A stretch of 64,000 nucleotides of DNA from the human T2T-CHM13v2.0 reference genome, Homo sapiens, in the NCBI RefSeq assembly GCF_009914755.1, contig NC_060946.1; one strand, written 5' to 3'. Below the pieces are notes generated by a model, which saw nothing but the letters and a program-made list of their open reading frames with translations, made no database searches and was not told where the DNA came from. Position numbers and translations under genes: made by a program. Each line of letters starts with the position of its first letter. The stretch's first letter is position 1. This document shows positions 20,490-33,578 of the stretch, one piece after another.

Positions 20490-21724
20490 GTTGCAAATAA
20501 ACAGCCCAACTTCTACACTTGAAGGAACTAGAAAAAGAAGAACAAACGAAGTTCAAAGTTAGCAGGAGACAGAAAACAGTAAAGATTAGAACAAGTAAAT
20601 GAAATAGAGAGTAGAAAAACAACAGACGAGATTAAAAAGAACCTAAGAGTTGGTTTTTTAAGGAGATAAAATTGACAAACCTTTAGCTAGACTAAGAAAA
20701 AAGAAGACTCAAATGCAATCATAAATGAGGAAATATTGATAAATTCCTAGAAACATATAGCATACCAAAAGTGAATTATGAAGAAATAGAAAATTTGAAC
20801 AAACCAATAATGAAAAGGAGATTGAATCAGTAATCGGATACATCCCAACGAGGAAAAGCTCAGGACCAGATGGCTTCACTGGTGAATTCTACCAAATACT
20901 TAAAGAAGAATGAATGTCAGTTCTTCTCAAAGTCTTTCCAAAAATTGAAGTGGAGGGAACACTTCCCAGCTGTATTATGAGGATATATTATACCCTGATT
21001 TAAAAGCCAGACAAGGACATTACAAGAAAAGAAAATTACAGGCCAGTATTCCTGATGAACATAGATGCAAAAGCTCTCATCAAAATACTAGCAAACTGAA
21101 TTCAACAGCACACTGAAAGGTTCAGACACTGTGATTAATTGGGATTTATCGCTGGGATGCAAGGATGGTTCTACACACACAAGTCAATAAATATGTATCA
21201 CATTAATAGAATGAAGGAGAAAAATTATATCATCTCAATAGATGCAGAAAAATCATTTGACAAAATTCAACATCTTTTCTTGATAAAACTTTCAATAAAT
21301 CAGGTATAGAAGGAATGTACATCAACATAAAAAGGCCGTATATGACAATCCCATAGCTTAAGATCTTACAAATGCCTTTCCTCTAAGATCAGGAAGAGGA
21401 CAGGGATGCCTTCCCAGCCAGAGCAATTAGACAGTAAAAAGAAATAAAAGGCATTCAAATCAAAAAGGAAAAATAAAATTGTGTGCAGTTCGCATGATCT
21501 TATACGTAGATAACCCTAAGGACTCCACCAAAAAACTGTTGGAACTAATATACAAATTCAGTGAAGTGGCAGGATACAAAAATCAACATGCAAAGATCAG
21601 TTGTGTTTCTATACACTAACAACAACTCTCCAAGAAACTTAAGAAAGCCCCATTTACAATAGAATCAAAAAGAATGAAATATGATACTTTGGTGTGAATG
21701 TAACCAAGGCGGTGAAGGATTCTT

Positions 21725-21810
21725 CTTCTTTTTTTTTTTTTTTTGAGACGGAGTCTCGCTCTGTCACCCAGGCTGGAGTGCAGTGGCGTGATCTCGGCTT
21801 ACTGCAACCT
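21725..21810 (-). mobile_element. Severely 5'-truncated Alu (3' ~65 nt plus poly-A), nested in L1MA
   Basis: poly-T + gagacggagtctcgctctgtcacccagg...ctgcaacct flanked by GG(C/A)GGTGAAGGATTCTT at 21708 and 21811. Confidence 0.93.
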
Positions 21811-22873
21811 GGAGGTGAAGGATTCTTACACTGAATACTTTAACAGTTGGTAAAAGGAAATAAAGAAGACACAAATAAATGGAAATATATCCCATGTGTA
21901 TGAATGGGAAAAATTAATATTGTTAAAATGTCCACACTATGTAAAGTGATCTACACATAGGACAATCTCTATCAAAATTCCAATGACATGTTTTGCAAAA
22001 AGAAGAAAAACAATCCTAAAATTCATATAGACCCACAAAATATCCCAAATAGCCAAAGTAGTCTTGAGCAAGAAGAATGAAGCCGGAGCCACCCCACTTA
22101 TTGATTTCAAAATATGTTACAAAACTAGATTATCAAAACAGTATGATATTGGCATAAAAACTGACATATAGACCAATGGAATGTAAAGTAGAGAGCTCAG
22201 AAATAAATCCATGCATTTGTGGTCAACTGATCTTTGACAAAGGTGCCAAGAACGCACAATAGGGAAAAGGGTAGTCTTTTCAATAAGTTTGTTGGGAAAA
22301 GTAGATATTCCCATACATGAGAATGAAATTCGACCCTTAACTCACGGCATATACAAAAGTCAACTTAAAATGGATTAAATACTTAAAGGTAAGAATTGAA
22401 ACTGTAAAACTACTGGAAGAAAACATAGGGAAAAAGCTTCTTGACATTGTTCTGCTCAGTGCCTTTTTAGATATGACACCAAAAACATAAAACATAAGCA
22501 AAAATAGACAAATGGGATTGCATCAAATTAAAAAGCTTCTGCACAGCAAAGGAAATAATCATCAGAGTGAAGAGACAACCTATGGATTATAAGAAAATAT
22601 TTGCAAACTATACATCTGATATGGGGTAAATGTCTGAAATATATAAAGAGCTCAAACAACTCAACAGCAAAAATGAAAACCAAACAAACTAAATAACCTG
22701 ATGAAAAAGTGGGCAAAGGACCTGAATAGACATTTCTCAAAAGAAGACATACAGATTATCAATAGGTATATGAAAAGGGGCTCAACATCACTAATCAGAG
22801 AAATGCAAATAAAAATCACAACGAGTTATCATTTCACACCTGCTAGTATGGCTCTTACCAAAAAAACAAATGA

Positions 22874-23276
<403 letters not shown>

Positions 23277-23466
23277 TCAAAAAATTTAACACAGAACTGT
23301 CAGATGATCCAGCAATCCCACTTCTGGGTATATATCCAAAGGAAATGAAGTCAGTGCCTCGTAGAGGATATTTGTACCTTCGTGTTCATTGCAGCATTAT
23401 TCTCAATAGCCAAGACATGGAAACAACCCAAGTATTCACCGATGAATGAATGAGTAATGAAAATGG

Positions 23467-23524
<58 letters not shown>
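23467..23524. repeat. Compound microsatellite (GT)n(GA)n
   Basis: Directly visible. Confidence 0.97.
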
Positions 23525-23533
23525 AAATGGGAT

Positions 23534-23914
23534 TGCCATGGCCTTAATGATCCCCAGAATGGATGTGTTGAAATGTAATCAGCAATGTGATAGTATTCAA
23601 AGGTGGGGCCTATAGGAGGTGATGTGATTCATGAAGGTGGAGCCCTCATGGATGAGGTTAGGGCCCTTAGAAAGAGGCCTGAGGAAGTGGGTTCACTCTC
23701 TTCTGCTATTTGGCCATGTGAGGACATGACATTTGTCCCTTTTGGCCGTTCCGCCATGTGAGGACACAGCAAGAGGGCCGTTGTCAGACACCTAACCTGC
23801 CAGCACCTTGATCTTAGACTTTCACCCTCCAGAATCGTGAGAAAAAATTTTCTGTTCTTTATAAATTATCCAGTCTCAGGTATTTTGTTTTAACAGTACT
23901 AATGGAGTGAGACA
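23534..23914 (+). mobile_element. ERVL-MaLR solo LTR (MST family, MSTD-like), nested in the L1MA 3' end
   Basis: TG...CA termini, gccatgtgaggacacagcaag, ccttgatcttagactt, ttctgttctttataaattatccagtctcaggtat; 5-bp TSD gggat/gtgat. Confidence 0.88.
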
Positions 23915-24754
23915 GTGATATTATTCACCCTTAAAAAAGAAGGTAACCCTGTCATTTACAGCAACATGGATGAGCCTGGGTGACATTATCCTACATGGAA
24001 TTAGCCAGACCCAGAAGATATTCATCATCTTCCTTATATGTGGAATCCAAAAAAATTGCCTTCCTGGAAGTAGAGAGTAGAATGGTGGTTATCAGGAACT
24101 GGAGGGCTGCAAAGTGGGGAGATGTGAGCCAGAGAGTATAAACTTTCGTTTATACGATGAATCAGTTCTAGGGATCTCATGTACAGCATGATGACTATAG
24201 TTAACAGTACTGTATGGTATACTTGGAATTTGTTAAGAAAGTAGGTTTTAAGTGTTCTTACCACACACGCACACAAGGTAACTGTAACATGTGAGGTGAA
24301 GGATATAATTAACTTGATTTTGGTAGTAATTTCACAATGTCTACGTAAATCTGAATCCCATGTTGAACATCTTATTTGCATACCATTTTTACTTTTTGGT
24401 TACATCTGTTAAGCTGGAAAAAAATTGCATCCAGATATTCCTGGTATCCCTAATAATAACATTCTGTATTATTATTTGGCCCATCCAACATGAAACAAGG
24501 ATAGATGGGTTTGTAAGTTACAGGTATAGGTATTTTTGCTGCAACTTAAAAACTTTTCCTTAATTTAAAACAGGCACCATCAATTTTGCATTCTTTGGTA
24601 AAGGCATGAAGAACCCAGAGCTGAAATAACAAGCTGCTTTCTTTGGGGCCATTTGAATGATAGGGACAACTAAGATGTGGGATCTCATTCGGCCAAAAGC
24701 CATATAGGCTGAGCAGTCATGGGTTTGGGTCTCTATGGGATCTAAGACTTGGAA

Positions 24755-25150
24755 TTTATTTTTAACATTTTATTTGAAACTTTTCAAACATGGAGAAAAG
24801 CTGAAAGACTTGTCATGGCCATCCATTGAGGCCACCATATAGAGTATGTTAGGTCTCCTCCATCTCTCTTTCTGTCTCTGTCTGTCCATCCATCATTCCG
24901 TCTCTTCTTTTTGGATGCATCTCAAAGTAAGTTGTAGATATCAGTTCTCCCCGTAAACACTTGAGTATGCATGTCATTAACTTGATTTAGGGTTTTCGTG
25001 GAGGTAATATTTACACCATGAAATGTACAAACCTGCAGCACAAAAATCAGTGGGATGAGTTTTAACAAATGCATGACCTGTGCAGCGCGATCTCCGATCA
25101 AACTGTAGAACATCAGCCTTACTGCAGAACGTTCTCCAGGGCCCTTTGGC
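24755..25150 (-). mobile_element. Old L1 (L1MC/L1ME-type) 3' end fragments
   Basis: ttttcaaacatggagaaaagctgaaaga and gatgagttttaacaaatgcat...gatcaaactgtagaacat resemble antisense old L1 3' UTRs. Confidence 0.6.
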
Positions 25151-25589
25151 AGTGCACACACTGTGTAGCCACGCCCAGCGGGCAGCTTCGGGAGATGAGT
25201 TGGGGAGGGAGGGCTTTGGCGCCCTGACAGGTAGGGATGTTCCAGAGCTGCTGTTGCGTGCCCAGGGCATGCCTTGACAGCATCACAGTTGAATGGAGCA
25301 GTGTCTGGGTGACATCGATGAGAAGGGAGCTGAAGGAGGTGCTGCGGCCCATGTTCATGAGGAGATGGAAGGAGTGCAGAATGGCAGGGCTGGGATCCTG
25401 ATGTACCCTGGGACTTGGCTGTCTCTGAGTGTCTGCAGTGCCTCGAGCACACTGTGCGTACCTGAGGCAGTTGGTGGGAAATGGATTTAGTTCCATGCGT
25501 TCAGCTGGGTGGCCGGATTTCAGGGCATCATTTGTGAAATGACCCACTGTAATGTGGTGGTTCAAGGGGAGGCACTGAGCCAGTTCTGC

Positions 25590-25735
25590 TGCTCGCCTTT
25601 AGCTCAGGGTCCTCATCTGTCAAGTGGGAATCACTTGCTTCTGTTGTTACGAGCATTCGGTGTACTAATACAGTAATACAAACCACCACCTGCACAGAGC
25701 AGCGCTCAGTCAAGTCAGCTGTTGTTGTTGTCGTT
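25590..25735 (+). mobile_element. MIR fragment
   Basis: ctcagggtcctcatctgtcaagtggga ... cctgcacagagcagcgctcagtcaagtcagctgttgtt. Confidence 0.6.
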
Positions 25736-26834
25736 GATTTTTATGATAATAACTCCCCTGCAGAGATAAAACAGCCACGGGTATACAGTGGCTGCCCGGC
25801 CGGTGCTGCAGCAGCTCTTCCTCCTGGGATGCCAGGGGATTGAGACTCGGCTTTATTCTGAAGCTGTCCCAAATATGAATCATTCACTGTTATTAAGCCA
25901 CCTCAGCATGCCCCCTTTGTTATCTGGGCCCAAAAGAGCACAGAGTGTGGCCCCCAGTACATTTTGGGTGACGCCTTTACACCCATCCAGCAAGTTGGGG
26001 CTGGGAGTGGGTATCACGCGTTCTGTAGATGACGTCTGTAGACTTCTGGGGTTTTTCAATAGAGGGGCCATATTGTTTATCATCTGTTTTGGGGGTAAAC
26101 GGGGCACTCTTAACAGTTTAAGAGGGGCAGGTGAGCGGTGAACTGGGTAAACTGAGATGTATGATATCCTAGTTCCCTGGGGTGAAGGAGGCCAAGCTTT
26201 TCTGTTAATGAAAATAAACTGCATCTCATTCACAGCGGATTGACCTGTGAGCGTAAACACAGCCTGGGGAGTAGCACCCGGCAGCACCCTGTGTTCTCAC
26301 ATCATCGGGAAGGACAGCTGCCTTCCATTCATCATGCTGGCAGATGCCGTTGGCTGTGCTGGGGCCAGAAAGCATTTGGGATGGGGTCAGGACATCTCAA
26401 GGCAGATAGATGTTTGTGGGGTTGTTCGGTCTTGAGGGTCACACGGTCTCTGTCTTCTTGGCTGTCATTTGCAAAGGAGTACAAGCTTGGGCTGGACTGG
26501 CCAGCCAGCCTTCCTGTGGGTGTAAACATGTGGGTAAGGCATGCTAGATGCTGGGCGTGGGCACTCTGGTCCAAGCACATTCTTATCAAGCCGTTCTAAG
26601 CATTCCAAGTAGGAGTCTCATTGAGAAGCATCCCCGTCTGTGGTCTTGCCATGCCACGGTGCCCATGTCCAGCAGTCACTGAGTACACCGTTAACTGCTG
26701 TGTAGACCGTGAACTATTCCACTGCGTGCTGCTTCCTTCTCTTCTTACTCTCCTCTTTGGAGAAGTTTATAAGCTTAGTTGCATTTAGTTATAAAGCATC
26801 TGGGCAGCCCTGTCTCCCTCTGATTGTACCCCCT

Positions 26835-27030
26835 GTGGGCATTCATTAAGCACCTCCTCTGTGCCAGGCAGTGTAGCCACCAGCATAAAGCTAGTGACTG
26901 AGTGTGTGCCAGATGTCTGTGTGGTTGAGTCGTCAGCTTGACGTGGTGGGACAGAAGTGAGTTTGCAGGAGACTGGGTATAAGGATGGGGAGAGCTTATG
27001 GGTGGGTAGAGGAGCACAGCACAGCCAGAG
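26835..27030 (-). mobile_element. L2 3' fragment
   Basis: gcattcattaagcacctcctctgtgccaggcagtgtag. Confidence 0.6.
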
Positions 27031-29009
27031 TGAACCAGGCAGAGGTGGGGCCGAGTGATTCCTGGGAAGGGTTGGGCTGAGCTGGATGCTTCCATCTGGG
27101 TCCCCCGTGGGGTCTGGAGCAGTCACTTACCCAGTTGTAATGAAGCCCTCCTGCTCACTTGCAGGCATCATAGCAGTTGACGGTCTGAGCACAGTGAGGC
27201 TGGCCTGGACGTCTGAGCGGGGTCATCCCAGGCCCAGGGGTCCTACTGGGCTCTTAAGTGGAGAGTGGTAGGAGACTGTTGGGTTGGAGATGCTGCGCCC
27301 TCCTTCATGCCAGCAAGTATTGCCTGGGTGGTCTCAAAAGTCCTGTGCCATAGTCAGATTTGGTTTCTAGGACTTCTCCAACTCTGGAATTCTCTGGAGA
27401 AGGGAGTCCTGTCTGTGCCTGGAGTCCAGTGGGCCCTGGTGTTTCTTGGTCATACCCTGGCGTCCAGTGACTGTAGTCTTTGATTCCTGCATTATCTGCA
27501 GGCGGTTGCCTGTGCCAGGAGAAGGCCATTTTGGTGAGACGAGGAATGTCTTTGTTGATCCGTGGAGGAAAGAACGTAACAGTGGGATATTGAGATTGTT
27601 AATCAATTGTTTTAGGATAAATACCCAACTTTCTCTCCTCTTAGCTGATTAGATTCCATCTTTCTCTGTGCTTGAGACGTAAGGACGTCTGTGCTTGGGC
27701 ACAAGGTTGTATCTGACGTTATTTTCAGTCTTCTACATGGATCCTGAATAAGTCTTTTGTTCCATGGAGAAGATTAAGGGCAGTATTTGGTTGGAAAATT
27801 TTTAATGAAGCACCTAACAGAGCTATTATTATTCATTTCTGAAACAACTTGCTGCGGTTACCGTAGTAATATTAAGCCTTTTATTAAATATTTTTCCTTT
27901 CGGTTTTGAGGTAAGTTTTCATTAAATGCTGATGGGGGAGCTGGAGATCCACGAACCTGGTGTCTGGAAAGAATTTTCTAGCTCTGCTGAGTTAAATCAT
28001 TCAAGGAATTTATGTTATGGGAACATAAAGCTTATAAATCTAGTTTATCATATCTATCATTTAATTGTTCATGCAAGCCAGCTCTTCATGTAGCGATTTA
28101 CAGTAATCTCAGTGAAATAACAGTGTTGTGTCCCAAAATGAATAATGCATGCCAAGAAATTGTTGAGCTCCTTAAAATCATTATGCTCAAAATATTAGGC
28201 TCTTTTATTTGAAAGTGATAGAATGATGATCATGTACTAGTTGCAAGCTGGGGACTTCAGAGTCTGTCGTTCCTGCTTTGCGTTGGGTCGCCAGCCCTCA
28301 GGAAGGAACCGCGGCGAGCCGATTCCAGGAGGAGGATACGCCTTGCTGCAGTCGGCCCGCAGGAGCAGCCGGGGAGCTGGCAACAGCCAGGGCTCTGTGG
28401 GAGGGCTGGGATGTTGGCTTAGGGGTAAAAAAATTCTGTGTTTAAAAGATGAGATGCTTTTTAGACATCCATCTGTCTGGGACAAGAAATGGGTATCTTG
28501 CCATTAGTATTGTTGCCAGGCAGAAACCATGGAGTTTATCACAATGCATCTGGAAGGCAGCAATGTGCCGAGTGCTTTTTCTCCCCTCTCCTGTTACTCA
28601 TCTATCTCAACAGCACACATATACCATGATGTGGTTTTAAATAATGAGGCAAACAGGCAATAGCTGTTGTGATCTTTCAATGAGAATGGTTTAGTGAGTT
28701 GGATTTGTTGCTAGCAGCACTGATCCATTTGTATGTATGTTTGTCAGTGGGCGTGGCGACATCGCTTACTCACCTATGCTTTCCGTCTTTGAAGAGCTAC
28801 CCTGCAAGCAGTGTTGAGGTCAGAGGAGACAGTTCACTGTGGGCTGTGGGGTGCTTAAGTGTGGGAGGAAGGGTGACTTCTTTTCCAGAAGAGGGAAAGG
28901 CTCTGCTCCTCGGGAAATGGACGGAGTTTTCCCCAATGGGAATATCATCAATCATTGTCATCAGGCCTGGGCCACCTTTACCATCTCTCACACTTAAAAA
29001 ACAAAAAAA

Positions 29010-29330
29010 ACTGTGTTATAAAAAATTTCAAACATGCACAAAGATCGAGAGAACAGTGCAGTGAAGCAACACACCTATCAGCCAGATTCGGCGGGTATCA
29101 AGATACGCCACCAGCCTCTCATCTTCACCCGGATTCGGCGGGTATCAAGATATGCCACCAGCCTCTCATCTTCACCCGGATTCGGCGGGTATCAAGATAT
29201 GCCACCAGCCTCTCATCTGTCCCATTCTTTTCTTTTTCTTTTTCTTTTCCTTCTCCTTTGCTGGAGTATTTCAAAGCAAACCCCAGACATCCTGTCATTT
29301 CCCCTTTCTGTACGTCAGTATACATTCCAC
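29010..29330 (-). mobile_element. Old L1 (L1ME-type) 3' UTR fragment hosting a 47-bp tandem repeat
   Basis: aaaatttcaaacatgcacaaagatcgagagaacagtgcagtgaa ... ctggagtatttcaaagcaaaccccagacatcctgtcattt. Confidence 0.65.
29085..29218. repeat. 47-bp tandem repeat, ~2.9 copies
   Basis: GATTCGGCGGGTATCAAGATAYGCCACCAGCCTCTCATCTTCACCCG starting at 29085, 29132 and 29179. Confidence 0.97.
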
Positions 29331-30335
29331 AAAAAACAAAACAACTCCTGCGGTTTTCAGAACCCGGTGCTGGTGCCGTCGAGAGACTGTTTAGGCGGGT
29401 GTCCCCTTCTGTGGAATCTCGCGTGGGGTTCAGCAGTCCAGGGCCGGGCCTTGGAGGCCATCAGCCTTCCTTATCGGCTGTGCAACTAATGATCTTTGGT
29501 CAATTGGGACTGGACTGAGGACTCTGCAGTGTGGAAAACCAGTTCTGCGGTGACCTCTCCCTCATTTTTGGAGACCCCAGGTGGGCCTAACCTGGAGGCA
29601 TTTGGTATGTTTTGTGCCATTAGTTTGACATTTAGATTCCCACATAGGAGAAATAGTGTAGAAGAGATTGCCACCATGGGAGACCTGGGAGGCAGGAGGC
29701 CTGGCCTCAGGTGTCCTGGAGAGTTGTAAAGGCCAGAATACACCTTTTCGGAGGAGCAGAAGTCACCTAGCCAGTGCTGGTTTACATATCTACCAGTATC
29801 TGCCCTAGACGTACCCAGTAGGTCCTAAGGCATGAAGGTTGGCCTGGTTTATGTTATGTGTCATTTTCCTCACTTCTGTTTGTCAAGAACATTTTCTGCA
29901 CGTTGAGAATGATCATTGTTACGCATTCTGCTGCTTCTCTGCCTTTCTTCTATCCCTTCTCTTCACACGCTCCTCCTGCCCCACTGTGTGGACGTGTCTG
30001 TAGGAAAATGTGGGGTGTGTTGGGTTTTCCTGTTGGTCTAAGTCATGCCTGCCAGGTCTGTTGATGATGTCTGAGGTCTGTGTTTTTCTCAGGTTAGGAC
30101 TTTTGAGTCCTTTCTTACAAAGGGCTTTATGTACAAAACAACCCTGTAGTAGAGGCACCCAGGCTTGTTGGTCCTCTGTGTTTGGAGAGGAGTGCCCCAC
30201 TCATTCCAGGGAGGGAAAATGGGGTTTGAAATGAAAAAGTTTCCATTGTAAATGGACACTTTTATGTAAAACATCTAAAAACATGTAGAGGACCAGTTCT
30301 GATGGCACCTAGAGAAATAGTCAAGGTACCCTAGT

Positions 30336-30337
<2 letters not shown>

Positions 30338-30387
<50 letters not shown>

Positions 30388-30389
30388 GC
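30338..30389. repeat. (GT)n(GC)n alternating purine-pyrimidine microsatellite
   Basis: Directly visible. Confidence 0.97.
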
Positions 30390-32884
30390 TCTACACAGTA
30401 AATACCCGGAGGGAAGACTGCAAACACTTCTTGAGCAGCAGATATTCTTTCTGGGTGACATTCCTTCTTAGAAGGGAGGGGTTGGGAAACTATTAAATAG
30501 TTGGGAGAGTGATCTAAGTTAGTTGGATGATGGCTTTGTGATAGGAAGTTTTTGCTCATTAAGAGCGGCTTTAAAGCTTTTAATTTTTATATACTTCTGC
30601 CTGTAACTTTCCCCACTCCCTCCAAAAAAATGGTATCGCGGAGGCGGTGTCAGAAGAGCCCCAGAAGTATTCTAGTGGAACTCAGGTCGTCCTCCACCCT
30701 TGCGGGCATAAATCTCATGCTAGAAGCTTTCCTTCAGGGACCCGAGAGAACAGGGAAGGAGTGCTTGCTGTTGGAAGGCAGTGGAGAGCCAGCTAGAGGT
30801 GATTCTAGGCTCATGAACTAGTCTATGACTAACTGCAGTGAGTTTTTAAAGCAGGTTGTATAAGAAGTTTAAGTGATGCCTCATCGAGGCTCTGATTTCA
30901 GAGCAGCCTGTATGGTTCTCTAAGCCGAGGGAGAGACCTGGCGCAACAGGGAGTCGACCAACCGTTTGCAGCCCCTCTGTCAGTGCCTTAGACAGGAATC
31001 CAGGTAGGCTCTCTCTGGTACAAATGTTATTGCCTTTTTCTTGGTAACAAGGGCTTTTTGGTTGGCATTGCTGAGTCTGTATGATGATGTTTATGCTGTT
31101 ACTGTATATTACTTTTTTATGGCATACTATTTCTGTTGCAAATAGTCATAAATATTGTTACAGTTTTGAGTGCATTATGACACGTTGCTCTAAGTAGTCT
31201 CACGTACACTTTGGGTTGCAGGGCTGAGCAATTTGTATTTTTCCTTTGGTGTTTCTTTGAGTGTGTTTCAGCCCACCGTAATAGCACCTCACTGCTTCAC
31301 CATGCAGTTTTTTTTTTTTTTAAACTCCTATGACATTTCATTGCTGGTAGGGACCTCATGGGGACCCTTAACCAGTGCACCCTCTCCTCCCTGTCCCCAG
31401 TCTCTGTTTGAGCCATTTTGTGATACATGGTTCACAGATCACCCTCAGATCCTGGATTCACCACTTAGTAGCTAGTTACAATACTTAACCCCATCTGTCT
31501 GGAGTGGCTATCTCACAATTTGTGTGACGCTCTAGGCAGAGGGCGTGGTTGTGGCCATTATTATTCTGATGCTGGACAATTCTTTCTTCTGTGGCAATGC
31601 TGTCTGCCTGCAGGTTGTCCCCGTTGACCTGGCCCTGGCTGCTGGAGTGGATGCCTCCGTCCAAGTGGGTCTCCAGACGGCAGATTGCTCTGTGGGTGAC
31701 CTGCCATCACTCAGGCAGCCCTAGCCTGCCCTCAAGGCCCTCTGCCAACTGCATTCCTCCTGGACACCTTTTTGTCTCTCAGTGTTTCTCTGTGAAATTC
31801 TAGAACTGATTAGTGGAGGCCTCAGATCCCATTACCTCCCAGGACAGCTTCCACGCACTGTGGTCCTCACTGAACCTGCTGTTGACTAAGACACAGTCTC
31901 TGTCATCTTTATTAGAGAACAGCTAAGTCAAGTCACCTGTCCTGGGCTGGACAGGTGACTCAGATTCATCTGTCTTTTTACTCTCATCCCAGCCTGCAAG
32001 GATTGCTGGGAGAGGCTGGGCAGTGGGCAGCAGGCAAAGGGACACCTGGAAATGTGGGTCACACAACCCGGTTCATTTATTGTCTCTGTTTTTCTCTGAT
32101 GGAGTGATCTTGGATTGGTTGTGCAGCTTTTGGGGAGTCTTCAGATATAAAAGTTGCAACGACAAAATGAGGTGCCGGATACAAGTGTCAGCTCTGCCGT
32201 GCTCCGTGACTGTCGCCTGGTCCCGTAGTTTCTCTCATTCGGTTATGATTGCTCTTTCTATGATGTGTGGCTGGTGGATTGCCGAACATGCCTTCTTTGT
32301 CTTCACTTTAGTTCTTGTTAGTTATGTATTTAGCCAGGTTGGTTTAGATGAACTTGGGTAAATGACAGCTGGTGATGATATTTTAGTTTAGTTATGGTTG
32401 CTACCTGGGGAACATTTGGAGGAAGTTAGCTGCCCCTGGAACAGCTCCTGCATTTGTGGAGACATAGCCCTTCTTTCCTGGGTGTGCATCTGTGCAGCAG
32501 CTCGACTGCATGCCTGCTGTGTGCTGGAGTGCATGGTGGATGCAGGCAGGGGCCACATGTTCCTGGAGCTTACAGGTCAGCAGAGATGGAGACGAGTGCT
32601 GAGGGGCACGCAGGAGGGCCTCTTCTCTGCCCTGTCTCTCAGGAGACAGGCTGCTGTGTGCCGTGGGGTTGTGGGTGCCTTTGAGGTACCCTGTGAAATG
32701 TCTCATTTCCTGGCATTGTCATGCACCTGATGCCAGCATGGTGGCTGTGTGTGTGTGCGTGTGCGCATGTGTGCATTAGAAATTCACACTTGCAAATGTG
32801 GTATGCAGAACTCTTTTGGGAAGGTTTAAAACTAGATCCAAAATCTTGGGAAATAACTATTATCCCATTCTAAAAATGTTCCAG

Positions 32885-33578
32885 TTGTACCCACTAGGAT
32901 GATTATAATAAAAAAGACCAAAAAGAAAAAAAAGACAGGGATTAACAAATGTTTGCAAGGCTGTGGAGAAATCAGAACTCTTATACGCTGCTGGTGAGAA
33001 TGTACGGTGACGCAGCTGGTGTGGAAAAGAGCCTGAAGGTTCCTCAAACAGTTCAACATAGAGCTGCCATGTGAAGAGCTGCCATGTGACCCAGCAGTTG
33101 GACTCCTAGGTATGTATATTCCCGAGAGAAATGAAAACCCATGTCCACATACAGACTTGTACATGAATGTTTATAGCAGCATTTTCCATAATAGCCAAAA
33201 AAGGGGAAACAATTCAGTATCTTTCACAGGTGAATGGATAAAGAAAAATAGTCTCTCCAGACAGTGGAATATTACTTGGTCATAAAAAGGAATAAATGGA
33301 TGAACCTTGAATGCATTATGTTAAGTGAAATAAATCACAGAACCCCACATATTGTATGACTCCTATTTATATGAAATGTGCAAAATAGGCAAATCCATAG
33401 AGACGGAAAGTGGAATGGTAGTTGTGGGGCTGAGGAGTGACAGTGAACAGGCACGTGGTTCCTGTATGGGGTGATGGAAATGTCGGTGGTAAGGGTCGCA
33501 CAGGTCTGCATATACTGGAAACCACTGAGTCCCACATGTTAAATTTGATGGTATGTGAATTATGTCTCAATAAAAAAA
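32885..33578 (+). mobile_element. L1MB-type 3' end
   Basis: ggctgtggagaaatcagaactcttatacgctgctggtgagaatgt ... aataggcaaatccatagagacggaaagt ... gtatgtgaattatgtctcaataaaaaaa. Confidence 0.88.

Noticed and set aside
33060-33090. Small tandem duplications here and at ~40534-40602, ~54629-54662 and ~62423-62471
   Set aside because: Ordinary slippage duplications, mostly inside decayed L1s.
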